Source: an uncultured Gaiellaceae bacterium
Lineage (GTDB): Bacteria; Actinomycetota; Thermoleophilia; Gaiellales; Gaiellaceae
Direction of reading: 5' to 3'
Length of the DNA stretch: 64,000 nucleotides
Assembly: GCA_963734975.1 (NCBI GenBank)
Contig: CAVTJQ010000020.1
Span: forward strand, 113,119 to 177,118
Made by a program: the position numbers and the translations under genes. The notes beneath the pieces were generated by a model. That model was not told the origin of the DNA. It made no database searches and was given only the letters and a program-made list of their open reading frames with translations. Shown one piece after another: positions 27,868 through 37,568 of this stretch (position 1 is the stretch's first letter; each line of letters opens with the position of its first letter).

Positions 27868-29407
27868 GTGATCCTGGAGAACGGCGTCATCCGGACGATG
27901 GACCCGTCGCTGCCGACAGCACGGGCGCTGGCAATCGCGGGCGACCGGATAGCCGGTGGCGTCGGCGTCCACGAGACCGCGCTCGCGAGCCCGGAGACCG
28001 TCAACCTCGGCGGGCGCTGCGTCCTCCCCGCGTTCACCGACTCACACGTCCACTTCCCCACGTGGTCGCTGGCGCAGCAGCAGGTGAAGCTCGACGGCTG
28101 CGGGTCGCTCGAGGAGGCGCTCGCGCGGGTGCGTGAGGCTGACGTCGCGCCCGGCCGCTGGCTGCGGGGCTACGGGTGGCGCGACGGCGACTGGTCGCCC
28201 CGGGCCGCGCCGACGAAGGAGACGCTGGACGAGGTGACGGGGCGCGAGACGCCGGCGCTCCTGATCTCGAAGGACTACCACTCGGTCTGGCTGAACTCGG
28301 CGGCGCTCGCCGCGGCGGACGGCGACCTCGAGGTCGCGGGGGGCGTGGTCGAGCGCGACGCACAGGGCGAGCCGACCGGCGTGCTGCGCGAGGAGTCCGC
28401 CTGGCGCTTCCGCGACCGCTACGTCACGACCACGCAGGACGAGTGGGTCGAGGCGACACGGGCCGGGCTCCGGCTCGCCGCGGCACGCGGCGTCGGGGCG
28501 ATCCACGACAAGGACGGCTGGCTCGGCGCACCGGGGATCTTCCAGCGCCTCCGGCAGGAGGGGAACCTCTCGCTGCGCGTTTGGGGCTCGATCCCGGCCG
28601 AGGCGATGAACGCCGCGCGCGACCTGAGCCTGCGCAGCGGCTTCGGCGACGACTACCTGCGGATCGGCTACCTGAAGTGCTTCATGGACGGCACGCTCGG
28701 CTCCCAGACCGCGCGACTCACAGACGGCAGCGGCGTCGAGATCACGAGCCGCGCAGAGCTCGAGGAGATCATCCGGCGCGGCGCCGAGGCGGGCTGGCCA
28801 GTGGCGGTGCACGCGATCGGCGACCAGGCGAACCGGGATGCGCTCGATGCCTTCGAAGCGACTCGCGGCACATGGGTACACATGGGCCTCCGTCACCGGA
28901 TCGAGCATGCACAGTGCGTCACACCGGAGGACCTGCCGCGGTTCGCCGAGCTCGGGATCGCCTGCTCGGTGCAGTTCTCGCACGCTCCCTCCGACCGCGA
29001 CCTCGCCGAGCAGCTCTGGGCCGATCGCCTCGACGGCACGTACGCGTTCAGGAGCCTGCTCGAATCGGGTGCGCTTCGTCGCGAACGGCTCCGACGCGCC
29101 GGTGGAGGAGCTCGACCCGCTCGCCGGGATCGCCGCCGGTGTGCTGCGCACGATCGACGATCGTCCGGCCTGGCGGGGACACGAGGCGCTCACGGTCGAG
29201 CAGGCACTCCACGCGCAGATCGTCGCGCCCGCATGGCTCTCGGGCGACGAGCGCCGGCGCGGCCGCCTTCTCCCCGGCTTTTTCGCAGACCTGGTGGTGC
29301 TCGACCGCGACCCGCTCGAGCTCGAGCCGGAGGAGCTGCCCGAAGTGCAGGTCGTCGCGACGATGGTCGGCGGCCGCTGGACACACAATTCGCCGCCCTG
29401 GGATTGA
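27868..29407 (+). CDS. Amidohydrolase-3 family metal-dependent hydrolase; apparent +1 frameshift near 29068-29078
   Basis: GTG 27868 gives VILENGVIRTMDP...AFTDSHVHF...CFMDGTLGSQTA...VAVHAIGDQANR...RIEHAQ (within ORF 27508..29667). It continues as FVANGSDAPVEELDPLAGIAAGV...ATMVGGRWTH in ORF 28838..29407. Confidence 0.8.
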
Positions 29408-29441
29408 ACAAACCGGCACGGGGACGGACAATCGCGCTCGG

Positions 29442-29561
29442 ATGCCGACGATCAGGACCGGAGCAGTGGAGCTGTACGACGAGACCCGGGGCGACGGGCC
29501 GGCGCTTCTGCTTGCCGGCCTCCGGAACCGGGAGCCCGCCGGAGCCGAAGCCGGTTCATGA
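29442..29561 (+). pseudogene. N-terminal remnant of an alpha/beta-hydrolase gene
   Basis: MPTIRTGAVELYDETRGDGPALLLAGL resembles the start of alpha/beta-fold hydrolases. It terminates after 39 codons, with its stop overlapping the next ATG (ATGA). Confidence 0.4.
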
Positions 29562-32323
29562 CGACGCAGACGCCGGCGATCGTCGGACGCGACGCCGAGC
29601 TGCAGACGGTCGAGCGCTTCCTCGACGAGCTCGGAGCAGCCGCGAGCGCGCTCGTGATCGAGGGTGAGGCGGGGATCGGTAAGACAACCGTCTGGCGCGA
29701 GGGAGTCGCGGGCGCGGAACGCCGCTCCTATCGCGTTCTCCGGGCGCAGCCTGCCGAGAGCGAGAGCACGCTGTCTTACACGGCACTCGCGGACCTGATC
29801 GGTTCGGCCTTCGACGAGGCGCGCTCGGAGCTGCCGGCGCCACAACAACGTGGCCTCGAGGTGGCGCTGCTCAGAGCGGATCCGGACGCGAGCACGGACC
29901 CGCGAACGATCGCGACCGGACTCGTGTCCGTGCTGGCGGCGCTTGCGGCCGACAGACCGCTGGTCGTAGCAATCGACGACGTCCAGTGGCTGGACCGCGC
30001 CTCCGAACGCGCGCTCGAGTTCGCCGTGCGCCGACTGCCCGTGGGGGTGGCGCTGCTGCTGTCCCGACGCACCGAGAGCGGGGTTGCACTTCAGCACGGC
30101 CCCGAGCTCGCGGTCCCGCCCGAGCAGCTCGTGCGTGTCCCGATCGGGCCGCTCTCGCTGGCGGCCCTGCACCACCTGATCGCCGGGCGACTCGGCGGCG
30201 CTCCCTCACGGCTGATGCTGGTGCGCCTCACGAGCGCCTCGGGCGGCAACCCGTTCTACGCACTCGAGATCGCTCGTGCACTCGGGGCCGAGTCAGCCGA
30301 GCGGGGTCTGGGCGACCCGCTGCCCGTTCCCCCGCACCTGCACGCGCTCGTGGCTGCGCGTCTCGACGCGCTCTCGCCCGCGGCCCGGGGCGCCGTCCTG
30401 GTCACCGCCGCAATCGCTCGCCCGACGAAGCGGGCTGTGCTCGCGCAGCTCGAGCAGGGGGACACAGGGCTGCTCGAAGCCGAGCAGTCAGGCATCCTCA
30501 CCGAGGAGGCAGGCCGGCTCCGCTTCACACACCCGCTTCTGGCCTCCGCTGTCTACGGTTCGGCATCCCTAGAGCGGCGGCGGGCGCTGCACCGTCGACT
30601 CGCCGAGACCACAGCAGACTCTGAAGGACGTGCGCGTCATCTCGCCCAGAGCGAGGTCGACCCCCACGAGCCCACTGCGGCTGAGCTCGAGCTCGCCGCA
30701 GAGCGCGCCGCCCGACGAGGGGCGCAGGACGCGGCCGCAGAGCTCTACGACGCCGCACACCGTCTCACTCCCGCCGGCCTGACCCGAGAGCGCCTGCGTC
30801 GCCTGCTCGGCGAGGCGAGTGCACTGCTCGCGGCGGGCGAGCTCGGTCAGGCGCGCGTCGTCGCCGAATCCGCACTGGCGGATGCGCCGCCGGGGACGCT
30901 CCGCGCGGAATCGTTGTTCCTGCTCAGCCAGATCGCGTGGGTGGACTCGACCGCCACTGCAGTCGAGCAGCTCGAGCGGGCGCTCGCCGAAGCCGGAGAC
31001 GATCGTCGGCTCCGCGGTCGGATCGAGGCCAAGCTGGCGGCGTTCTCGATGCGCGACCAGCGCGTGGCGGTTGCCCACGCCGATGCGGCTGCGGCGCTCC
31101 TGGACGAGGACGAAGATCCCGGGCTGCTCGCCTACGCGCTGGTCAACAGCGTCTTCTTCGGCGCGCAGGTAGGTCTAGGCGCCCGCCCGGAGCTGCTCAA
31201 CCGGGCGCTACGGCTGGAAGAGAGAGCGGGTCCCGACGCCGAAAGGAGCTCGCTCTTCCTGATCTGGTTCTCGAGCGTCGACGACTTCGACGCCGCAAGG
31301 GAGCGCCATCTACTCGAGGATCGGTGGTACCGCGATCGCGGCGAGGCGGGCTGGCAGGCCGAGAAGCAGGCGCTGCTGGCCGATGTGGAGCTCCGGGCCG
31401 GGAATGGGGCTCTCGCGGAGCGACTCGCGGAGGAATCGTGCGCGACGATCGGGCAGATGGGGCCGCCGCAAGGTCCTTGGGCGATCCCGTTCGCGATCCG
31501 CTCGCGGATCGATGCGCAGTGCGGTCGGATCGCGCGCGCACGCGAGACACTGCGTCCGATCGTCGAGGAGATGGAGGGCACGGGCAGCTCCTGGTTCGCG
31601 GCGCTCGTCCTGAACACGCTCGGGGAGGTCGAGCTCGCGGCGGGCGATCCGGCCGCCGCGGCGGTCGCGTTCGAGCGCTCGGAGTCGTTGCTCGAGTCGA
31701 TCGGCGTGATCTGTCCGGTCGGCGTCCGGATCGGACCCGATCACATCGAGGCGCTCGTCGCGACCGGCGAGCTCGAACAAGCTGGACGTGCGCTCGAGCG
31801 GCTTGAGCAGCGCGGCCGCCTGCTGCCCCGCCTCTGGATCGACGCGACGCTGCCACGCTCTCGCGCACTCGTGACCGCGGCCGGCGGCGATCCGGCGGGT
31901 GCTCTGGCGCTGCTGGAGCAGGCGCACGGGATCGAGCAGCTCCCGTTCGAGCTCGGTCGAACGTTGCTGACCCGAGGGCAGCTCCAGCGCAGGTTGAAGC
32001 GGAAGCTCGACGCGGCGCAGTCGCTCGGGCGAGGGCTCGAGCTGTTCGAGCGCATCGGCGCAGTCTCCTGGGCGGCACGCAGCCAAGCGGAGCTCGACCG
32101 GATCGGACTGAGGCGCAGGGATCCCCACGAGCTGACGGCGACCGAGCGGCGCATCGCCGAGCTGACCGCGAGCGGTCTCACCAACCGGGAGGTCGCGCAG
32201 GCCGCGTTCGTCAGTCCGAAGACGGTCGAGGCGAATCTCGCCCGCGTCTACCGGAAGCTCGGGATCTCCTCCCGGGCCGAGCTTGGCGCGCGCATCGGCG
32301 CTCAGCCTCCGGCCGAAACGTAG
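29558..32323 (+). CDS. LAL-type (large ATP-binding LuxR family) transcriptional regulator
   Basis: 921-aa intact ORF. It has the N-terminal Walker A EGEAGIGKTTVW, a long helical/TPR-like middle, and the C-terminal LuxR HTH LTATERRIAELTASGLTNREVAQAAFVSPKTVEANLARVYRKLGI. Confidence 0.9.
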   Translation: MTTQTPAIVGRDAELQTVERFLDELGAAASALVIEGEAGIGKTTVWREGVAGAERRSYRVLRAQPAESESTLSYTALADLIGSAFDEARSELPAPQQRGLEVALLRADPDASTDPRTIATGLVSVLAALAADRPLVVAIDDVQWLDRASERALEFAVRRLPVGVALLLSRRTESGVALQHGPELAVPPEQLVRVPIGPLSLAALHHLIAGRLGGAPSRLMLVRLTSASGGNPFYALEIARALGAESAERGLGDPLPVPPHLHALVAARLDALSPAARGAVLVTAAIARPTKRAVLAQLEQGDTGLLEAEQSGILTEEAGRLRFTHPLLASAVYGSASLERRRALHRRLAETTADSEGRARHLAQSEVDPHEPTAAELELAAERAARRGAQDAAAELYDAAHRLTPAGLTRERLRRLLGEASALLAAGELGQARVVAESALADAPPGTLRAESLFLLSQIAWVDSTATAVEQLERALAEAGDDRRLRGRIEAKLAAFSMRDQRVAVAHADAAAALLDEDEDPGLLAYALVNSVFFGAQVGLGARPELLNRALRLEERAGPDAERSSLFLIWFSSVDDFDAARERHLLEDRWYRDRGEAGWQAEKQALLADVELRAGNGALAERLAEESCATIGQMGPPQGPWAIPFAIRSRIDAQCGRIARARETLRPIVEEMEGTGSSWFAALVLNTLGEVELAAGDPAAAAVAFERSESLLESIGVICPVGVRIGPDHIEALVATGELEQAGRALERLEQRGRLLPRLWIDATLPRSRALVTAAGGDPAGALALLEQAHGIEQLPFELGRTLLTRGQLQRRLKRKLDAAQSLGRGLELFERIGAVSWAARSQAELDRIGLRRRDPHELTATERRIAELTASGLTNREVAQAAFVSPKTVEANLARVYRKLGISSRAELGARIGAQPPAET

Positions 32324-32373
32324 GGAATCACCCGATTCATCCACGAGAGTCCTGGCGTAACGTCGGGCGCATC

Positions 32374-32656
32374 GTGCAGCTGTACCTCGTGGAGCAATAC
32401 CGACCCGGCTCGACGTCGGTTGCCCTCCACCATGCAGCGGAGCTCGTCCGTACGGCAGCGGCGTCGATGGCGGGCGACGGAGCTCGGATGCGTTACCTGC
32501 GCTCGACGATCGTCCCGCACGACGACGCGGTTTTCTCATTCATCGAAGCGGTTTCAGAGGAGCTCGTACGCGAGATCTACTCCCGCGCTCAAGTCGCATC
32601 GACCGCATCTCGCCAGCCGTTCGGCGGAAGCCGGGGAACCGAAGGAGGCACCATGA
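32374..32656 (+). CDS. Small hypothetical protein (DUF4242-like by eye); C-terminus probably in the +1 frame
   Basis: VQLYLVEQYRPGSTSVALHHAAELVRTAAASMAGDGARMRYLRSTIVPHDDAVFSFIEAVSEELVREIYSRA. The listed frame has no stop before the next gene. The +1 frame ends at TGA 32654-32656, overlapping the next ATG (ATGA). Confidence 0.5.
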
Positions 32657-33880
32657 GGCTGCTCCGCAGCACTCTCGTATCGCTCTCGATCGTGGCCGCG
32701 TCCGCGTGGATGGCCTTTGCGGCGCCGTCCGCAGCGGCAGCGGCCACGCCAGCCGGCACCGTGGTCATGTCCGGGCTCGCAACCCGCGCGGATTGACGTT
32801 CGCGCACGCCGGGCTCAGCCTGTTCGGCAATGCACGTTGGGCGCTCTACGTCGCGGAGGCCGGCAAGGCGGCGGACCAGGTTCGCACTGCATCGCGCTAC
32901 CCCGCGGGGAGCCTGCCTGCCCCGGAGTCACGGGAGCGGTCTCCCGTCTTTGGCGCGGCGAGCAGCAGCGCGTCCTGACGGGTCTGCCCTCCTACGCAGC
33001 TCCCGACGGCTCGAATGCGACGGGACCACACGACGTGTCGTTCGCCTGGCCGTTGTTCGGATCGGTGACGATCGGGCTAGGAGGCCATCCCGATCTGCGC
33101 TCGCAGCTCGGTACCGGCTTCGGCCGAGTCGTCAGCTTCGTGCCCGGCTTCGGGCCGGCCTGGAGCACGGACATCGCCGGCTACGAGGCGACGGCGAACC
33201 CCGACGGCGGCCCGGTCGACAGCAATCCGTACGGGCTGCTCGAAGGCTTCGGGCGAACCATCCTGACGGATGCCGGAGGCAACACGCTGCTCGAGATCCG
33301 CAGGGGCCGGGTGTCCACCCTGGCCGTCCTGCCGTCGCGGGCCCAAGGTCGTCCGACGGATTCAGTGCCGACGGCGGTGGTTCGTGGCCCGGACCGGGCG
33401 CTCTACGTGAGTGAGCTCACCGGCGTCCCGTTCGCACGGGGCGCAGCCAACGTCTACCGGCTGCAGGACGGGACGCCCGAGGTGTTCGCAGCGGGCTTCA
33501 CCACCGTGCTCGATCTCGATTTCGACCGAGCGGGCAACCTGTACGTGCTCGAGCACTCGAGCGGCCCGGTCTTCTTCGGCGGCACCGGAACGCTCTGGAA
33601 GCTCGAGCCGGGCGGCGCGCGGACTCCGGTCGTGCAGGGCTTGACCCGGCCGACGTCCGTGGCGATCGGCCCCGACGGAGCCGCCTACGTCTCGAACCGA
33701 GGCAACGAAGCCGGCTCGGGCGAGGTACGCCGATTCGACGTCGGTGACCCCCTCCGGCTCCCCCTTTGCCGCTTCGGTCGAGGAGTCGTAAACACTGCAA
33801 TCGCGCCCGTCCGGAGGCGGCGGCCAAGCGCCTCCGCCTCCGGACGGCGTACAATCCGGACGTGGCCATTCGCACGATGA
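32653..33880 (+). CDS. ScyD/ScyE-like secreted beta-propeller protein; two apparent -1 frameshifts (~32778-32782, ~32865-32870); 3' end uncertain
   Basis: A GAAGGAGG SD precedes ATG 32653. The signal peptide is MRLLRSTLVSLSIVAASAWMAFAAPSAAAA. The sequence continues as NPRGLTFAHAGLSLFGNARWALYVAEAGK (frame of ORF 32706), then GGGPGSHCIALPRGEPACPGVTGAVSRL...LYVSELTGVPF...NLYVLEH...AYVSNRG (ORF 32717..33880). Codon bias decays after about 33760, and a hairpin lies at 33807-33847. Confidence 0.7.
33807..33847 (+). terminator. Perfect 14-bp inverted repeat (hairpin), candidate intrinsic terminator without a U-tract
   Basis: ccgtccggaggcgg - 13 nt loop - ccgcctccggacgg, read directly. It is located just before the HxlR-type gene. 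Confidence 0.4.
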
Positions 33881-34206
33881 ATCCCGTCCACGACGCGACC
33901 TGCTCGGTCGCGGCCTGCGCGGAGATCATCGGCGCGAAGTGGACGGCGCTCCTCGTGCACGACCTCTCGGAGGGGGCGCGGCGCTTCTCGGAGCTCGAGC
34001 ACTCCTGCCGCGGGATCAGCCCGCGCACGCTCTCCGAGCGGTTGCGCTGGCTCGAGGGCGAGGGTCTGATCGAGCGCCAAAGCTACCCGGAGTCACCGCC
34101 GCGCGTCGAGTACGAGCTGACCGAGAAGGGCGAGGCGCTGCTGCCGATCATCGACGAGATGCGCCGTTTCGGGCACGAGCATCTCGGCTGCACCAGCGCG
34201 TCCTAG
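33877..34206 (+). CDS. HxlR family (winged-helix) transcriptional regulator
   Basis: From internal ATG 33877 the product is MNPVHDATCSVAACAEIIGAKWTALLVHDLSEGARRFSELEHSCRGISPRTLSERLRWLEGEGLIERQSYPESPPRVEYELTEKG. Confidence 0.85.
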   Translation: MNPVHDATCSVAACAEIIGAKWTALLVHDLSEGARRFSELEHSCRGISPRTLSERLRWLEGEGLIERQSYPESPPRVEYELTEKGEALLPIIDEMRRFGHEHLGCTSAS

Positions 34207-35471
34207 CGCTTCTCGGCCCAGACGCGGGCGAGCTCGACGGCGGTCGCCGCAGCCGCGGCCATGTCCTGAACGCTCGCCCACTCGCGCCGCGAGTGGTACT
34301 CCTGGCCGCCGGTGAAGATGTTCGGCGTCGGGAGGCCGCGGTGCGACAGCCGCGCGCCGTCGGTGCCGCCGCGGATGATCGCGGGCACGGGCTCGGCACC
34401 GGCGCGGCGCACGGCCTCCTCGGCCGCCTGGACGACCTCGGGGTGCCGGTCGATCACCTCGCGCATGTTGCGGTACTGCTCCGCCGCCTCCAGCTGAACC
34501 TGCGCACGCGGCTCGCGCTCGGCGATCTGATCCGCGAGCCGCCGCACGAGCGCGAGGTGCTCCTCCAGCTTCGTCGCGTCGTGGTCGCGGACGATCAGGT
34601 CGACCGTTGCCTCGTCGGCCGACCCGCGGATGACCGTCGGGTGGACGAAGCCCTCTCGCTCCTCCGTCGTCTCGGGCGAGAGCCCGTCGCGCGGCAACGA
34701 GGCGACGAAATCGGCGGCCAGCTTGACGCTGTTCACGAGCTTCCCCTTCGCCGAGCCCGGATGGACTGCGCTGCCGCGGATCGTCACGCCGACGCGCCAG
34801 GCGTTGAACGTCTCAGTCTCGATCTCGCCGAGGCCGGAGCCGTCGAACGTGTACGCGTAGCGCGCGCCGAACTCGCCGATGTCGAGGTGATCCGCGCCGG
34901 CGCCGATCTCCTCGTCGGTGGTGAAGCAGACGTTGACGGGAGCGTGCCCGCCGGGGTTTCGCTTCAGGTACGCGACGGCCGCCATGATCTCCGCGACGCC
35001 CGCCTTGTCGTCGGCACCCAGGAGCGTCGTGCCGTCGGTGGTCACGAGATCGTGGCCGACCCGCTCGGCGAGCGCGGGATGCTCCGCCGGGTCGAGCACC
35101 TGCGAGCGATCGGCGGGCAGCTCGATCCGGCTCCCGTCCCAGCCGCGCAGCACCTGCGGCTCGACGTTCGTCCCGGTGACGTCGGGCGAGGTGTCGACGT
35201 GCGCGATCAGCCCGATCGGCTCGACGCCATCCGCTCCGGGCAGGCAGCCGTAGACGTAGCCGTGGTCGTCCATGCGCACGTCGTCCAATCCGATCTCTTC
35301 GAGCTCGGCGACGAGCAGCCGCGAGAGCTCGAGCTGCTTCGCCGTCGAGGGCGCGGTGTCGGAGCCGTAGGCGGACTGGGTGTCGATGCGGACGTAGCGC
35401 AGGAAGCGCTCGAGCACGTCCTCGGCGAGCTCCTCCGCGAGCGGCGAGGCGAAGGGCGCGCTAGCTGCCAA
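34203..35471 (-). CDS. pepT: Peptidase T (M20B tripeptide aminopeptidase)
   Basis: 422-aa ORF with LERFLRYVRIDTQS, IGLIAHVDTSPD, TTLLGADDKAGVAEIM, FTTDEEIG and GGTDGARLS. Confidence 0.85.
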   Translation of the reverse strand: MAASAPFASPLAEELAEDVLERFLRYVRIDTQSAYGSDTAPSTAKQLELSRLLVAELEEIGLDDVRMDDHGYVYGCLPGADGVEPIGLIAHVDTSPDVTGTNVEPQVLRGWDGSRIELPADRSQVLDPAEHPALAERVGHDLVTTDGTTLLGADDKAGVAEIMAAVAYLKRNPGGHAPVNVCFTTDEEIGAGADHLDIGEFGARYAYTFDGSGLGEIETETFNAWRVGVTIRGSAVHPGSAKGKLVNSVKLAADFVASLPRDGLSPETTEEREGFVHPTVIRGSADEATVDLIVRDHDATKLEEHLALVRRLADQIAEREPRAQVQLEAAEQYRNMREVIDRHPEVVQAAEEAVRRAGAEPVPAIIRGGTDGARLSHRGLPTPNIFTGGQEYHSRREWASVQDMAAAAATAVELARVWAEKR

Positions 35472-36798
35472 GCCGGCCCCAGGCGAGGAAGAGCTGCCGC
35501 GCCGCCTCGACGCCGAGCGGGATGTACTCCACGAGCAGGCGCTCGTTCGGGGAGTGCACGTTGCCCTCGGGCAGGTCGAAGCCGGTGATCACGGTCGGGA
35601 TGCCGCGGTCGGCGAGCGCGGGCACGATCGGCAGCGTCCCGCCCGAGCGGACGAGCAGCGGCCGGACGCCGAGCGCCTGCTCGAAGGCATCGAGCGCGAG
35701 CTGGATCGGCGCTGCATCCGGCGGCACGAGCCCGGCCGGCGCCGAAGACCACAGGTCGATCTGGACGTCCGCTCCCTCGGGCGCCGCCTCCCGCAGCAGT
35801 CGCTCGACCTCCGGCGCGATCGTCTCGATCTGCTGGCCGGGAGCGAGCCGGATCGAGAGGTTCGCGACGGCGTGCACCGGCAGCACGGTCTTCTGGAGCA
35901 GCGCCGAGCCGCCCTCGATCCCGTGCACCGTCACGGAGGGCTCGCCCCAGGTGCGCAGGTAGAACTCCTCGGCGCCGCGCTGGTCGAGCGGCCGAGCGCC
36001 CTGATCGGAGAGCACCGCCGCGCCGGCCTGGAGCGCGGCCCAGCCCTCGAGCTCCTCGGGCGTCGGCGGCACGAGCCCGGCGCGAAGCGGCTCCGGCAGC
36101 CGGCCGTCGCGCGGCAGCACGCCCGTCAGCGTCTGGAGCATCGCCTCCATCGCGTTCAGCGCGGCGCCGCCGTAGACCCCGGAGTGGAGGTCGCGCTCGC
36201 CGGTGCGGAGCTCGACGTGGAAGTAGCAGAGGCCGCGCGTGCCGATGTTGAAGGCCGGGATCCCGCGTCCCATCATCGAGCTGTCGAAGATCACGGCCGC
36301 GTCCGCGCCGCGCTCGTCGTCGGCCAGGAAGTCGACGATCGAGTGGCCGCCGATCTCCTCCTCGCCGTCGCACGCGAAACGGACGTTGACCGGCAGCTCA
36401 CCGACGGCGGCGAGCAGCTCGGCCGCCTTCAGGAGCATCCAGAGCTGCCCCTTGTCGTCGGCGATCCCGCGCGCATAGAGCCAGCCGTCGCGGACGGTCG
36501 GCTCGAACGGCTCCGAGTCCCAGAGCTCGAGCGGCTCGGGCGGCTGCACGTCGAAGTGGCCGTAGCAGAGGATGGTGGGCGCGCTGTCGGCGTCGTTCGA
36601 CGCGCGCACCTCGCCGATCGCAAGCGGACGGCCATGCCAGTCGACGAGCTCGGCCTCGCCGCCTGCGCCGCGAATCCGCTCGCAGACCCACTCGCCGGCG
36701 GCCTTCACGTCGTCGCCGTGCGCAGGGTCGGCGCTGATCGACGGGATCCGCAGGATCTCCGACAGCTCCTCCAGCCAGTCTTGCCGCAGCTCGGCCAC
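35461..36798 (-). CDS. M20 family dipeptidase/deacylase
   Basis: 445-aa ORF with ILRIPSISADP, LCYGHFDVQPP, LYARGIADDKGQL, FACDGEEEIGG and SPNERL. Confidence 0.85.
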   Translation of the reverse strand: MAELRQDWLEELSEILRIPSISADPAHGDDVKAAGEWVCERIRGAGGEAELVDWHGRPLAIGEVRASNDADSAPTILCYGHFDVQPPEPLELWDSEPFEPTVRDGWLYARGIADDKGQLWMLLKAAELLAAVGELPVNVRFACDGEEEIGGHSIVDFLADDERGADAAVIFDSSMMGRGIPAFNIGTRGLCYFHVELRTGERDLHSGVYGGAALNAMEAMLQTLTGVLPRDGRLPEPLRAGLVPPTPEELEGWAALQAGAAVLSDQGARPLDQRGAEEFYLRTWGEPSVTVHGIEGGSALLQKTVLPVHAVANLSIRLAPGQQIETIAPEVERLLREAAPEGADVQIDLWSSAPAGLVPPDAAPIQLALDAFEQALGVRPLLVRSGGTLPIVPALADRGIPTVITGFDLPEGNVHSPNERLLVEYIPLGVEAARQLFLAWGRLGS

Positions 36799-36813
36799 CG
36801 CGCGCGAGTCTAG

Positions 36814-37216
36814 TCACTGCTCGGAGTCGCCTCGACGGTACGAGCACGGGCCGCAGCCCCCGGCCCGGAGGAAGGCGACATGCGCGCGCCAGAATCGCTC
36901 GCGCGCTTGGCATTCGTCGAGCTCCAACCCGTCCAGGTAACCGCGCGCCCGGAGCTGACGGATGACGCGATCCGTCAGCCCCAGGCGTACGGCGACCCGT
37001 TCGGCCTCTCTGTGCTCATCGCGGTCACGCGTCTTCGCGGAGGCGGAGCTGCCGTCGGCGGACGTGGAGCGCGATGCGTGCGAACCGCGCTGGCCGGGTC
37101 GTCGGTTCCCGCTCGGCCAACCGTTCCGTCGCCGGCCGCCTGCGTGCGGCACGGGCCAACCGCTCCATCCGCTCACGGTGCAGCAGGCGGATGACTTCGG
37201 TTTCGTGGGTGAGCAT
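36814..37216 (-). CDS. Hypothetical protein; possibly two track ORFs joined by a +1 frameshift near 37025
   Basis: A strong SD (AAAGGAGGGAAC) precedes ATG 37216, giving MLTHETEVIRLLHRERMERLARAA... (ORF 37025..37216). The protein-like tail DRDEHREAERVAVRLGLTDRVIRQLRARGYLDGLELDECQARERFW... is in ORF 36814..37293. No family was recognised. Confidence 0.35.
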
Positions 37217-37419
37217 GTTCCCTCCTTTCGCTCGGTCGCTGGGACTCCGACTTGGCGTGCGAGTCGCTGGTCGGGCTGTAAATCACGACGCACGTTCTCC
37301 TTCCTCGAGGGATTGGTTCTCTGGGCGCGGGTGCGCCCGGTTCGCTGCGCTCGTAGAGCTAGCTGGACGAGGCAGGCACTACAGAGATGGGCCTGGCAGG
37401 ACCCTGCTCGCGGCGGTGC

Positions 37420-37467
37420 TCAGGCTGCGAGCGGAGGCCGAACTCCGAAAGTGACGTTCTGGATCAT
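37420..37467 (-). promoter_or_regulatory. 15-codon upstream ORF (MIQNVTFGVRPPLAA) with strong SD, inside a putative leader
   Basis: GAAAGGAGGTCGA precedes the ATG. The SD/start segment GGAGGTCGAA (37467-37476) can pair with TTCGGCCTCC (37433-37442) inside the uORF, giving 10 bp with one G-U. Confidence 0.3.
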
Positions 37468-37519
37468 TCGACCTCCTTTCACGAAATGCCGGCCGAAATG
37501 GGGCCAGCGGAAGCCGCAC

Positions 37520-37548
37520 ATCATGAACCCTCCGATCCCTCGTGTCAA
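37520..37548 (-). promoter_or_regulatory. Candidate sigma-70-type promoter
   Basis: On the minus strand: TTGACA (37548-37543), 17-nt spacer, CATGAT (37525-37520). It lies in a 350-bp stretch that reads as lower-GC non-coding sequence. Confidence 0.3.
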
Positions 37549-37568
37549 GAGCGGGGAAGACCAGATGA

